Of a DNA stretch of 64,000 nt, positions 1 through 9,377 are shown one piece after another. Every line of letters begins with the position of its first letter. The first letter of the stretch is position 1. The DNA lies in assembly GCA_017443025.1 (NCBI GenBank), contig JAFSPG010000004.1:1030-65029 (forward strand). The letters are read 5' to 3'. Below the pieces are notes generated by a model, which had not been told where the DNA came from, searched no databases, and saw only the letters and a program-made list of their open reading frames with translations. Made by a program: the position numbers and the translations under genes. Source of the stretch: Bacteroidales bacterium. Its GTDB lineage: Bacteria; Bacteroidota; Bacteroidia; Bacteroidales; UBA932.

Positions 1-120
1 TTTTTCATTTTTCGCCGGGACGCGACGTTCACACGCGACGCCAGGCTAACCACATAATTAATAACACTAAAACTAATAACCAAAGAGTCACAAGGAAAAA
101 TCATCCCCTTAACTCGAGTG

Positions 121-151
121 CAAAATTATACATAAATTCGATAATCGCAAA
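121..151 (-). promoter_or_regulatory. Bacteroidetes sigma-A promoter for a gene running off the left edge (possible ATG at 8..6)
   Basis: Minus strand TTTG (151-148), 19-nt spacer, TAATTTTG (128-121); matches the TTTG-N19-21-TANNTTTG consensus. Confidence 0.5.
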
Positions 152-383
152 TTTTTTTAAGCACTTTTTTGCAAATATTTTAAAATAAAATTTAATCGAC
201 TGATTTATAACGATTTAAAATTATATAAACTGATATTTGAAAGTATTTCTCAATTTTCTATGTCGCTTAAAACGTTATGTATTGATATGCAAACTACACT
301 AAATCGTTTTTTATGCCAAAAATACTTACAAAATGAAAGTAAAGGACACTTCCCCACCCGCTTATAAGATATATCAGTTAATA

Positions 384-415
384 TTTGGATTGAAAAATTA
401 TTGTACGTATATTTG
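384..415 (+). promoter_or_regulatory. Sigma-A promoter of tRNA-Cys
   Basis: TTTG at 384-387, 20-nt spacer, TATATTTG at 408-415, just upstream of the tRNA. Confidence 0.75.
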
Positions 416-426
416 CAGTCCTTTCT

Positions 427-497
427 GGTGCGATGGCCGAGCGGTTAGGCACAGGTCTGCAAAACCTGCTACAGCGGTTCGATTCCGCTTCGCACCT
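427..497 (+). tRNA. tRNA-Cys (GCA)
   Basis: Acceptor GGTGCGA/TCGCACC, anticodon arm CAGGT-CTGCAAA-ACCTG, T loop GGTTCGATTCC, discriminator T; CCA not encoded. Confidence 0.97.
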
Positions 498-500
498 CTC

Positions 501-538
501 AAGATGCCCCGAACTTATTCCAGGGGCATTTTTTGTTT
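501..538 (+). terminator. Intrinsic terminator after tRNA-Cys
   Basis: ATGCCCC (504-510) / GGGGCAT (523-529) stem followed by a T run. Confidence 0.7.
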
Positions 539-542
539 TGAT

Positions 543-1046
543 ATGAAAAGCGCATCAAGAACAGTAAGAGCAGCCAGGTATGAGGACATCCCCCGCATAC
601 TTGAAATACTTGATGCCGCCCGTATCAGGATGTGCCAGTCAGGCAATCCCACACAATGGCAGCCGGGCTACCCAACGGCAGAAATGGTTTCCAGGGATAT
701 CGACCGAAATGCAGGCTACATAATAGAAGACGACGGAGTCGAAGTAGCCTACTTCGCATGCTTACCATCCCCCGACCCGACATATGACATCATATATGAA
801 GGAAACTGGCTGGATGACACACTTCCCTACTGCGTGATACACAGAATCGGAGGCATCCCTTCGGCAAGTGGAATCTTTGAATCCATTATGGACTATTGTT
901 TCTCGAGATGCTCCAACATCCGCATCGACACCCACCGCGACAATCACGTGATGCAACACCTCATTCAAAAACGCGGCTTCACATATTGCGGAATAATCCA
1001 CCTTGCGAATGGCGACGAACGACTCGCCTATCAAAAGCTTGATTAA
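543..1046 (+). CDS. GNAT family N-acetyltransferase (167 aa)
   Basis: GNPTQW..GYP, CVIHRI and IRIDTHRDNHVMQ..GF.YCG motifs; start moved to ATG 543 because the longer ORF runs through the tRNA. Confidence 0.8.
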   Translation: MKSASRTVRAARYEDIPRILEILDAARIRMCQSGNPTQWQPGYPTAEMVSRDIDRNAGYIIEDDGVEVAYFACLPSPDPTYDIIYEGNWLDDTLPYCVIHRIGGIPSASGIFESIMDYCFSRCSNIRIDTHRDNHVMQHLIQKRGFTYCGIIHLANGDERLAYQKLD

Positions 1047-1087
1047 TTTGACTTTTTTCATATATTTGAAGCCTAATCAGTTGCACT

Positions 1088-2125
1088 ATGATATCATTCA
1101 CCTGCGATTATAGCGAAGGAGCACATCCGGCGATACTCGAGAAACTCGCCCTGACCAATATGATACAAGCCCCCGGATACGGCGAGGACGAATTCTGCGC
1201 CTCAGCCATCGAGAAAATTCGGACGGCACTAGGCAAGCCTTCGGCAAAGGTATTTTTCCTTGTCGGAGGAACGCAGACTAATTCGACGGTGATTGACGCC
1301 ATGCTTGCCGGGCACGAAGGAGTGATTGCCGCGGAAAGCGGACATATAGCCGTACACGAAGCCGGGGCCATAGAATTCAGCGGACACAAGGTCATCACCC
1401 TGCCCGGGCACAAGGGCAAGATCGACGCAGGCGAGCTCAAGGCCTGGCTGCAGAACTTCCACGGCGACGGAGCCTGGCAGCATATGGTATATCCCGCGAT
1501 GGTTTACATATCCTTCCCAAGCGAATACGGAACGCTTTACAGCAAGGCGGAAATTGCCGCCATCAGGGAAATATGCAGGGAATATAAGATGAAACTCTTC
1601 GTTGACGGAGCCAGGCTCGGTTATGGCCTCGCCAGCCCCGAATGCGATTTGACACTGCCCGAACTCGCAGAACTCTGCGACGTATTCTATATCGGGGGAA
1701 CAAAGGTAGGCGCGCTGTGCGGCGAAGCAGTGGTATTTCCCGAGCCGGAAACAGCCCCTGCAGCCTTTTTCACCATCATAAAGCAACACGGAGCACTGCT
1801 GGCCAAAGGCCGGCTGCTCGGAATTCAGTTTGACGCACTATTCAGCGACGGCCTATATATGAACATCAGCCGCAGTGCCATAGGAAAAGCGATGAGAGTC
1901 AAGTCGATGTTCCAGAAGAAAGGAATACCCTTCCATATCGACTCCCCCACCAACCAGCAGTTCCCCATCCTCACCAAGTCGCAGATCGACTCACTCAAGG
2001 ACAAGGTGATGTTCGAGATTTGGGAGAAGCTGCCTGGAGAAAGAAGCGTTACCCGCTTCGCCACAAGCTGGGCTACTACTGAAGCCCAGCTGGACGAACT
2101 CGAGAGCTATATCTCTAACTTATAG
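1088..2125 (+). CDS. ltaE: Low-specificity L-threonine aldolase (PLP-dependent)
   Basis: SFTCDYSEGAHP, GGTQTN, HEAGAIE, DGARL, IGGTK(PLP Lys)VGALCGEA. Confidence 0.88.
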   Translation: MISFTCDYSEGAHPAILEKLALTNMIQAPGYGEDEFCASAIEKIRTALGKPSAKVFFLVGGTQTNSTVIDAMLAGHEGVIAAESGHIAVHEAGAIEFSGHKVITLPGHKGKIDAGELKAWLQNFHGDGAWQHMVYPAMVYISFPSEYGTLYSKAEIAAIREICREYKMKLFVDGARLGYGLASPECDLTLPELAELCDVFYIGGTKVGALCGEAVVFPEPETAPAAFFTIIKQHGALLAKGRLLGIQFDALFSDGLYMNISRSAIGKAMRVKSMFQKKGIPFHIDSPTNQQFPILTKSQIDSLKDKVMFEIWEKLPGERSVTRFATSWATTEAQLDELESYISNL

Positions 2126-4698
2126 CTGCCAGGCTGATATTCCTCAGGATCCTTTCCGGGGACGGAGACAGTCGCGCTGGTGCCATCAGGAATAGTGAAC
2201 GACCAGCTGCATTTATCACCACTTACGCTCCACTCGCTCTTGATTTCTCCAGCGACCGACTTATACGAAGCCTTAAGGTGATTGATTCCATCAATCCTGT
2301 GCGGAGCAAGGATGAAATGCCTGAAGCCGGGAGCTGAAGTATCGGCAGAAATACCCGCGAGATACTTCCATATCCAGGCGCACACGCAGCCGTAAGCATA
2401 ATGATTGAAGCTGTTCATGCCCTTAGGGCCCATACCGTGCTCGATAGTGTAGCTGTTCCAGCGCTCCCAGATTGTGGTGGCGCCATTATCCACTGAATAC
2501 AGCCAACTCGGGTTCTTGCGCTGCAGGAGGAGGCCTGCGGCGATATCGAACATACCATTCTCCGAAAGAGTCTCCATAAGAATCGACGTACCCAGGAATC
2601 CCGTCTGCAGGCATCCGCCGTGAGCGGCGAAATTCTCCCTCAAGGCAGCAATCATTTTCTCTCTCGCCTCACCCGTAAACAAATTGTTCTTCAGGGCAAA
2701 GAGGGCCGGAGTCTGCATGGTATTAAGAATTTCGGTCTTGAATCGACCCTCAGGGGTAAAGAACTGCTCACGCAGGTAATTCTTCGCAAACTCCTCCATA
2801 GCTACGTACTTCCTGACGTCGCGGCCAAGAGCCGTAGCCATATCGCGCATCATGGCGGCATCCATTGCCCAATAGGAAGCACTCAGATAGTTCCAGTAAT
2901 CCAGAGTCTCCGGAAGAGGCTTGCGCTTGTTGGTCTTCGGATCGTGGTAGAAGGCTGAATTCCCGCTGCTCTCCAGAGGCTCGTAGCTGAGCCAGTCGCC
3001 CCACTGATAATTGCGGTTCTCCTCCTTCAGTGTCTCGTGGTCGTATTTAGCCTCATTGATATGGTCCATATACTTTTCCATCGACTCCCAATGCTCCTCA
3101 AGCAGGGAAAGGTCCCCGAACTGACGCCATACCGTCCAGGGGACGATTATGCCCGCATCAGCCCAGCCAAGACGCGAGATGCTGCGTCTCGCATAAGCCG
3201 AGAGCGGAGCCACGCCCGGATATCCGCCGCTCTCTATCTGGGTATCACGGATGTCGCGCAGCCACTTGTGGAAGAATGAATTGGTATTGGCGAAGAAAGC
3301 GCCCGTCTCGGTGAAGACCTGGGTATCCGCCATCCATCCAAGCCTCTCATTACGCTGAGGGCAATCGGTAGGCACTGAGAGGTAATTCGACCTCATACCC
3401 CAGATTGTATTGGAAATCAGTTTGTTGACAAGTTCGTTATCCGTCTCGATATGCCCGATTTCCATCTCTTCGGTAATCGAAGTGACAGGAATCGAAACGA
3501 CAGACTTTATGCTAACGTCGCCGGTAGCGGTGATTGACAGATAGCGGTAACCATAGAAGGTGCAACGGGGGAAATACTCCACCGGCTTGTCAGAAGCAGC
3601 GAAGATATAATCAAGCCTGACGGCATTCTCGTGGATACGGAGATTAGTGCGGTGGCAACTGCCTTCAGGGCCGTCCATTCCGCGCGACTGTGCGCCGTTA
3701 CCGTCGTTCAGTATCTCCGACGGCAGGCAGCTGAGCTTGGTACCCTCCGCGGCATTGAATACGAAAGCCGGAACGGCCGAAGCGTTCTGGCCGAAATCAA
3801 TCACAAGAGTTTCGCCCTCATGAAGCAGCATCGGTTCGCCATCTTTATACCTTCTGGAGATTAGCACCTTACCATAGGTTGAATCCGTAACGCCTTCGAC
3901 ATCCTTCCACACGTAAGCCTCTACGGGCTTAAGCGTAAGGTCTTTACGGAGATATATCTCGGCGCCCTCCGAAGGGATTATTTCTCCATCGAAAGCGGTG
4001 TTGAGTTCAGGCTCGAGGAGTTTCTCCGGGCAGGCATAGCCGGGTATTTCACGGGCATCGTAGAATTCACCGTCATAGATAGCAGCGTGCTTTACAGGGC
4101 CTGCAATGCCCGCCTTCCAGTTCTGGCAGTCGGTTCCGTACAGAAGCCGGCTGCCATCGCTGTAAGTCAACTCCAGCACGGACCTGAAGGCAGGTTTGCC
4201 GCCAATCATTCCCTCCTTGCCAGAAGGACTGATGATTTTGTCGGCCCACCATCCGGGAGTAACCTGGGCCGCCAGTTGATTGCTTGCACCGGAAGCCAGG
4301 TTAAACGCATCGGTTACGTCATAAGTGAAGGAAAGCTTGGTCTTGGCGTAATGGGTAAAGCCAGGCTTGAGGAATTCCTCCCCTATCCGCTGGCCGTTGA
4401 CATACAGCTCATATACACCCAGGCCGGCGGTCATCCACTTGGCCGAAACCACCTTCTTATCGTTCGTCAGCTCGGATACGAACCAGCTGGCGCCGTCGGC
4501 GGCGAGATTATTTACAGTTTCTTCGACCTTGCCGGTTACGACCGGAGCATTTGCAGCAGATATCCACTCGGATACCTTCCAATCGCCCTCGTCAAGGGCA
4601 GCTATACGTTTCCCTGCAGATTCGTTGCCCTTGCTACAGCAAGAGGCAAGAGCGACGGCACAGAAAAGCGAAAGCAGAATTGATTTTAGCTTTATCAT
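2107..4698 (-). CDS. Alpha-L-rhamnosidase, GH78 (lipoprotein)
   Basis: Lipobox LASC; DFGQN, PTDCPQRNERLGWMAD, GATTIWERWNS, SFNHYAYG motifs. Confidence 0.9.
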   Translation of the reverse strand: MIKLKSILLSLFCAVALASCCSKGNESAGKRIAALDEGDWKVSEWISAANAPVVTGKVEETVNNLAADGASWFVSELTNDKKVVSAKWMTAGLGVYELYVNGQRIGEEFLKPGFTHYAKTKLSFTYDVTDAFNLASGASNQLAAQVTPGWWADKIISPSGKEGMIGGKPAFRSVLELTYSDGSRLLYGTDCQNWKAGIAGPVKHAAIYDGEFYDAREIPGYACPEKLLEPELNTAFDGEIIPSEGAEIYLRKDLTLKPVEAYVWKDVEGVTDSTYGKVLISRRYKDGEPMLLHEGETLVIDFGQNASAVPAFVFNAAEGTKLSCLPSEILNDGNGAQSRGMDGPEGSCHRTNLRIHENAVRLDYIFAASDKPVEYFPRCTFYGYRYLSITATGDVSIKSVVSIPVTSITEEMEIGHIETDNELVNKLISNTIWGMRSNYLSVPTDCPQRNERLGWMADTQVFTETGAFFANTNSFFHKWLRDIRDTQIESGGYPGVAPLSAYARRSISRLGWADAGIIVPWTVWRQFGDLSLLEEHWESMEKYMDHINEAKYDHETLKEENRNYQWGDWLSYEPLESSGNSAFYHDPKTNKRKPLPETLDYWNYLSASYWAMDAAMMRDMATALGRDVRKYVAMEEFAKNYLREQFFTPEGRFKTEILNTMQTPALFALKNNLFTGEAREKMIAALRENFAAHGGCLQTGFLGTSILMETLSENGMFDIAAGLLLQRKNPSWLYSVDNGATTIWERWNSYTIEHGMGPKGMNSFNHYAYGCVCAWIWKYLAGISADTSAPGFRHFILAPHRIDGINHLKASYKSVAGEIKSEWSVSGDKCSWSFTIPDGTSATVSVPGKDPEEYQPGSYKLEI

Positions 4699-4821
4699 AA
4701 TCGATGGTTTTATTGCATTTTCTTCAAATTTACGTCTATGCGTCGGAATTTCAAAAATTTTTACAAATAACCTTGTATCTTTTCGCCGCTCTCCCTATTT
4801 TTGCATTATATACATTCGCAT

Positions 4822-5823
4822 ATGTTAGTAGCAGTTGTCGGTGCCACCGGTCTTGTAGGCACAAAAATGCGTGAAATACTCGAGGAACGAAATTTTCCGG
4901 TCAGTGAGCTGATTCCGGTCGCATCCGAGCGCTCCCTTGGCAAGGAAATAATCTTCCACGGCAAGTCATACAAGGTGCAGAGCCCGGCCGCTGCCGTTGC
5001 CCGCAAGCCTGCGCTCGCCATTTTCTCGGCCGGCGCCGCCGTCTCCCGCGAATGGGCGCCCCGCTTTGCCGAGGCCGGCAGCTATGTAGTGGACAATTCA
5101 TCCTGCTGGAGGATGGAGCCCGGCATTCCCCTCATAGTCCCAGAAATCAACGGAGACGTCCTTACCGGAGCCGAACATATCATCGCCAACCCCAACTGCT
5201 CCACCATCCAGATGGTCATGGCCCTGAATCCGCTCAACAAGGCCTTCGGCATCAGGAGAATCGTAGTATCGACCTATCAGTCGGTCACAGGCACCGGGCA
5301 GAAAGGCGTCGCCCAGCTTGAAGGCGAACGCGCCGGTGCCCCGGAAGGCAGCTATAACAAGACCTATCCCTTCCCCATCGACCTTAACGTCCTTCCGCAT
5401 ATTGATTCCTTCCTCGAAGACGGATATACCAAGGAGGAGATGAAGATGGTAAATGAAACACGGAAGATTCTCCGCAGCCCGGAAATAGGCGTCAGCGCCA
5501 CTACAGTCAGGGTGCCGGTAAGGGGCGGCCACAGTGAATCCGTGAACGTCCAGTTCGAGAAGCCCTTTACCCTTGAGCAGGTCCGCGAAATGCTCGCCGC
5601 CACCGATGGAGTCACCCTTATGGACGATCCTTCCCGCAATATCTATCCGATGCCGATTATATCCGAAGGCAAGGACGATGTATTCGTAGGCCGACTGCGT
5701 ATCGACAATTCGGCCCCCAACGCCCTTAACTTCTGGTGCGTATCTGACAATCTCCGCAAGGGCGCAGCCACCAATGCCGTCCAGATTGCAGAGCTCCTCC
5801 GCCGCCAGGGCTGGATTAAATAA
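4822..5823 (+). CDS. asd: Aspartate-semialdehyde dehydrogenase
   Basis: VVGATGLVG, IIANPNCST, TTVRVPVRGGHSE, DNLRKGAATNAVQIAE; start placed at ATG 4822. Confidence 0.95.
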   Translation: MLVAVVGATGLVGTKMREILEERNFPVSELIPVASERSLGKEIIFHGKSYKVQSPAAAVARKPALAIFSAGAAVSREWAPRFAEAGSYVVDNSSCWRMEPGIPLIVPEINGDVLTGAEHIIANPNCSTIQMVMALNPLNKAFGIRRIVVSTYQSVTGTGQKGVAQLEGERAGAPEGSYNKTYPFPIDLNVLPHIDSFLEDGYTKEEMKMVNETRKILRSPEIGVSATTVRVPVRGGHSESVNVQFEKPFTLEQVREMLAATDGVTLMDDPSRNIYPMPIISEGKDDVFVGRLRIDNSAPNALNFWCVSDNLRKGAATNAVQIAELLRRQGWIK

Positions 5824-5839
5824 GTATTTTCAAAAAAAC

Positions 5840-5870
5840 TTTGCTTTTCAGACGAATCGTCTTAAATTTG
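5840..5870 (+). promoter_or_regulatory. Sigma-A promoter of tRNA-Val
   Basis: TTTG 5840-5843, 19-nt spacer, TAAATTTG 5863-5870; followed by CAGTC, as at the tRNA-Cys promoter. Confidence 0.75.
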
Positions 5871-5908
5871 CAGTCCCGATTTGCAGAGAACGTACTGCAC
5901 GGGCAGAC

Positions 5909-5983
5909 AGGGGCGTAGCTCAGTCGGTTCAGAGCGCTTCAGTCACATTGAAGAGGTCATCGGTTCGAGCCCGATCGTCCCTA
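5909..5983 (+). tRNA. tRNA-Val (CAC)
   Basis: Acceptor AGGGGCG/CGTCCCT, D arm GCTC/GAGC, anticodon arm CTTCA-GTCACAT-TGAAG, T arm ATCGG-TTCGAGC-CCGAT. Confidence 0.93.
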
Positions 5984-5987
5984 CTAA

Positions 5988-6020
5988 AAATCGCTGTAAC
6001 CCATCTTGTTACAGCGATTT
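5988..6020. terminator. Probable bidirectional terminator between tRNA-Val and trpS
   Basis: Perfect 13-bp stem AAATCGCTGTAAC / GTTACAGCGATTT with a 7-nt loop. Confidence 0.7.
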
Positions 6021-6076
6021 ATATTTCTACCTACCACAGGTATCATTTTTCAACTTTCCGTTTTTTTTCGGAAAGT

Positions 6077-7186
6077 TTATTTGTATTTCGCGGCTTGCTG
6101 GGCGATGAGGGCGGCGTCTTCGAAGTAGTTGATTTTCATTGCGTCCTTCATCTCGTGCAGAGTCCTGGCCGCGACTTCGCGGGCGGCATCGGAGCCCTTG
6201 CGGAGGATGTTGAATACCTCGGGGATATCCTGCTCATACTCGTGCCGGCGGGCCCTGACGGGGTCAAGTCGGTCGTTGAGAACATTTATGAGGAACTTCT
6301 TGCACTTCATGTCGCCAAGGCCTCCGCGCATATAATGCTCCTTCACCTCCTGGAGGTTATTGTATTCCGGCCAGTACTTGGCAAAGTCGGAATCCTCGCA
6401 GAAAGCATCCAGATAGATAAATACGGTATTGCCTTCAATCTTTCCGGGGTCCTCCACCCTCAGGTGGCCGGGATCGGTGAACATCGACTTGACCTTGGCT
6501 TCCATCTCCTTCGGGTCGTCGGAGAGATAGATGCAGTTGCCAAGGGACTTGGACATCTTGGCCTTGCCGTCTGTACCGGGAAGACGGCGGCAGAAGAGAT
6601 TCGAAGGAAGAAGAATCTCCGGCTCCACGAGCACGGGGCCATAGGTGGAATTGAAGCTACGGACGATTTCGCGGCACTGCTCGATCATAGGCTCCTGGTC
6701 GTCGCCGACGGGAACTGTAGTGGATTTGAAGGCGCAGATATCGGCAGCCTGAGAAATGGGATAGGTAAAGAAACCCACGGGCAAGCCGCGCTTGTTGTCT
6801 TCGCCGTCGCCGCCTTCGTGGTAGCCACGCATGGCCATTTCGGTCTTGACCGTAGGATTGCGCTGAAGCCTGGCCACGGTTACGAGGTTCGAGAAGAACT
6901 GAGTCATCTCGTGCAGCTCGGGAATCATGCTCTGTATGAAGATGGTCACCTTCGAGGGGTCGAGGCCGCAGGAGAGGTAGTCGAGAGCCACCTCAGCTAT
7001 GTTCTGGCGGACTTTCTCGGGATTGTCGGCGTTGTCGGTAAGAGCCTGTACGTCGGCTATGAAAACGAACATCCTGTCGTAGTTGCCTTCGTTCTGAAGC
7101 ACGACGCGGTTCCTGAGGGAGCCCACATAGTGCCCGAGATGGAGTTTACCGGTAGGACGGTCGCCTGTCAAAATGATTCTGCCCAT
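6077..7186 (-). CDS. trpS: Tryptophan--tRNA ligase
   Basis: [13 protein letters not shown] (HIGH), VPVGDDQ, KMSKS; start at ATG 7186. Confidence 0.97.
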   Translation of the reverse strand: MGRIILTGDRPTGKLHLGHYVGSLRNRVVLQNEGNYDRMFVFIADVQALTDNADNPEKVRQNIAEVALDYLSCGLDPSKVTIFIQSMIPELHEMTQFFSNLVTVARLQRNPTVKTEMAMRGYHEGGDGEDNKRGLPVGFFTYPISQAADICAFKSTTVPVGDDQEPMIEQCREIVRSFNSTYGPVLVEPEILLPSNLFCRRLPGTDGKAKMSKSLGNCIYLSDDPKEMEAKVKSMFTDPGHLRVEDPGKIEGNTVFIYLDAFCEDSDFAKYWPEYNNLQEVKEHYMRGGLGDMKCKKFLINVLNDRLDPVRARRHEYEQDIPEVFNILRKGSDAAREVAARTLHEMKDAMKINYFEDAALIAQQAAKYK

Positions 7187-7209
7187 TTCTTTTATCTTGT
7201 AAAATCTCC

Positions 7210-7256
7210 CAAAGATACGAATTTTTTGCCGATACAAACGCGATTCTTTATCTTTG
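7210..7256. promoter_or_regulatory. Overlapping divergent promoters for trpS and trmO
   Basis: TATCTTTG on minus (7217-7210) and on plus (7249-7256); plus-strand TTTG at 7225-7228 with a 20-nt spacer. Confidence 0.6.
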
Positions 7257-7275
7257 CCTTGAAAAAAACATTAGG

Positions 7276-7944
7276 ATGAACCTTAAGCAAATAGCTACCT
7301 TTCACTCTCCCCTGCCGGAAAAATTCGGTATTCCGCGCCAGAGCGGACTGGCTCCGAGCCTTAAGGGCAGCATAGTATTCGAGCCCGGGCTCAGGGATGC
7401 CAACGCCCTGAGAGGCCTCGAGGACTTTTCGCATATCTGGCTCATCTGGGGTTTCTCGGCCAACAGGCACGAGGCGGAAGGCGTTACCGTAAGGCCGCCT
7501 CGCCTCGGAGGCAACAAGGCCCTCGGAGTATTCGCTACAAGGTCACCCTATCGTCCGAATCCCATAGGGCTCTCTGCAGTAAAGATAGAAAGCATCGATT
7601 TCAACGGCCCTGAAGGCCCGGTAATCCACGTTCAGGGCGCAGACCTTATGGACGGCACGCCCATCTACGACATCAAGCCCTATGTGCCTTACGCCGACAG
7701 TATCCCTGAGGCGGCAGGCGGCTTCACCGACAGCACTCCCTGGAAGGAACTGGAAGTTAGCAACCCCGAGGTACTGCAGGAGGTTTTCGGCGAGCGGAGC
7801 GGAGCTCTTCTCGAGATTCTGCGGCAGGACCCCCGCCCGCAATATGCAGCCGACTCCGCAAAGACTTACGCCCTTACCTACGACGGGCATGACATCCGCT
7901 TCTCCGTATCAGGCGGAAAACTCGAAATACATTCCGTAGAATGA
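7276..7944 (+). CDS. trmO: tRNA t6A37 N6-methyltransferase TrmO (TsaA)
   Basis: FGIPRQSGL, VRPPRLGGN, GVFATRSPYRPNPIGLS, DGTPIYDIKPY. Confidence 0.9.
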   Translation: MNLKQIATFHSPLPEKFGIPRQSGLAPSLKGSIVFEPGLRDANALRGLEDFSHIWLIWGFSANRHEAEGVTVRPPRLGGNKALGVFATRSPYRPNPIGLSAVKIESIDFNGPEGPVIHVQGADLMDGTPIYDIKPYVPYADSIPEAAGGFTDSTPWKELEVSNPEVLQEVFGERSGALLEILRQDPRPQYAADSAKTYALTYDGHDIRFSVSGGKLEIHSVE

Positions 7945-9377
7945 CTCCACTTACAGCAATACTTACCATCCTGGGCTATCTGGCCCTGATGTTCACCGTA
8001 TCGGCCATCTCCGCCAGAGGCGGCGACAACAATACCTTTTTCAAAGGAGGCGGCCGTTCTTCCTGGCTTCTGGTAGCCTTTGCGATGATAGGCTCGGTGA
8101 TGTCGGGAGTCACCTTCGTCTCCGTCCCCGGCTGGGTAGGCTCGAGCGGAATGGCATATCTGCAGATGTCCCTCGGCTTTATAGTAGGCTATGCGGTAAT
8201 TGCCTTTGTGCTCATACCCCTATACTTCAAGCTGAACGTCATCTCTATTTACCAATATCTTGAGAATCGCTTCGGTCTGGCCACTTATAAGACCGGAGCC
8301 TGGTTTTTCTTTATTTCCAAGATTCTCGGGGCGGCCGTCAGGCTGTTCATCGTCTGCGTAAGCCTCCAGATGCTGGTTTTCGACCCTACAGGCCTGCCCT
8401 TCTGGCTCAACGTGGCGATATCGATGGCAATTGTATTTGCATATACAGTCAAAGGCGGCGTCAAATCCGTTATCTGGATTGATCTGCTCAAGACTCTGTG
8501 CATGATTGCATCCGTTGTACTGACAATTGTCTTCATAGCCAAAAGCCTCGATATAAATATCGTCTCCGAAATCAGGAACAGCCAGATGTCGAAGATTTTC
8601 TTTTTCGACGATCCTCTCTCCGGACAGTATTTCTGGAAGCAGTTCCTCGCCGGTATTTTCACGGTCGTGGCTATGACCGGCCTCGACCAGGACATGATGC
8701 AGCGCACGCTCAGTTGCAAGAACTACCGCGACAGCCAGAAGAATCTCATGACCAGCATCTTCCTTCAGATAGCGGTGATATTCCTCTTCCTCTGCCTTGG
8801 CGTCCTTCTGTACATCTTCGCCCAGGCCAGAGGCATTGCCGAGGTTGGCGATAAAATCTTCCCGGCCGTGGCTACCGGAGGATATCTCCCTGGAATCGTT
8901 GGGATTCTCTTCCTCGTAGGCCTGGTTTCCGCGGCCTACGGAGCCGGCGGCAGCGCCCTTACCTCCCTGACAACCAGCTTTACCGTGGATATAATTGGAA
9001 CGGCCGGAAAAGGGGAACAGGAGGTAGCCAGCATCCGCCGGAGGGTACATGTTGCGATGGCCGTACTTATGGGCCTTGCCATTATCGTCTTCAATGCCCT
9101 TAATTCCACCAGCGCCATAGATGCCGTCTATAAGATAGCCTCCTACACCTATGGGCCTCTGCTCGGAATGTTCGCCTTCGGCATCGCCTGCAGGAAAAAA
9201 TTCCACGACAGGTGGGTTCCTGTCGTGGCTATTGTTGCGCCGGCGATATGCCTGCTGCTGGATTTGAATTCAGAATCTCTCTTCGGAGGATATAAGTTCA
9301 GCTACGAGCTGCTTATTCTTAATGCCGCTCTTACGGCTGCCGGACTTTTGATTCTTACTTGCCGAAAGTCACGCTGA
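7941..9377 (+). CDS. Sodium:solute symporter family transporter
   Basis: Multiple TM helices; SGVTFVSVPG, GLDQDMMQRTLSC. Confidence 0.85.
   Translation: MTPLTAILTILGYLALMFTVSAISARGGDNNTFFKGGGRSSWLLVAFAMIGSVMSGVTFVSVPGWVGSSGMAYLQMSLGFIVGYAVIAFVLIPLYFKLNVISIYQYLENRFGLATYKTGAWFFFISKILGAAVRLFIVCVSLQMLVFDPTGLPFWLNVAISMAIVFAYTVKGGVKSVIWIDLLKTLCMIASVVLTIVFIAKSLDINIVSEIRNSQMSKIFFFDDPLSGQYFWKQFLAGIFTVVAMTGLDQDMMQRTLSCKNYRDSQKNLMTSIFLQIAVIFLFLCLGVLLYIFAQARGIAEVGDKIFPAVATGGYLPGIVGILFLVGLVSAAYGAGGSALTSLTTSFTVDIIGTAGKGEQEVASIRRRVHVAMAVLMGLAIIVFNALNSTSAIDAVYKIASYTYGPLLGMFAFGIACRKKFHDRWVPVVAIVAPAICLLLDLNSESLFGGYKFSYELLILNAALTAAGLLILTCRKSR

Noticed and set aside
160-330. AT-rich stretch with weak inverted repeats as an invertible promoter or replication origin
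   Set aside because: The repeats are short and imperfect, with no clear DnaA boxes or flanking IR pair; this is consistent with an ordinary divergent promoter region.
333-542. N-terminal extension of the GNAT ORF
   Set aside because: It runs through the tRNA-Cys gene, its promoter and terminator; ATG 543 is the plausible start. Similar over-extensions were trimmed for asd, trpS, the kinase, gcvH, clpX and the TPR-barrel gene.
5984-6076. Genomic island integrated at tRNA-Val or tRNA-Cys
   Set aside because: No duplicated tRNA 3' end was seen elsewhere in the window, and there is no adjacent integrase.
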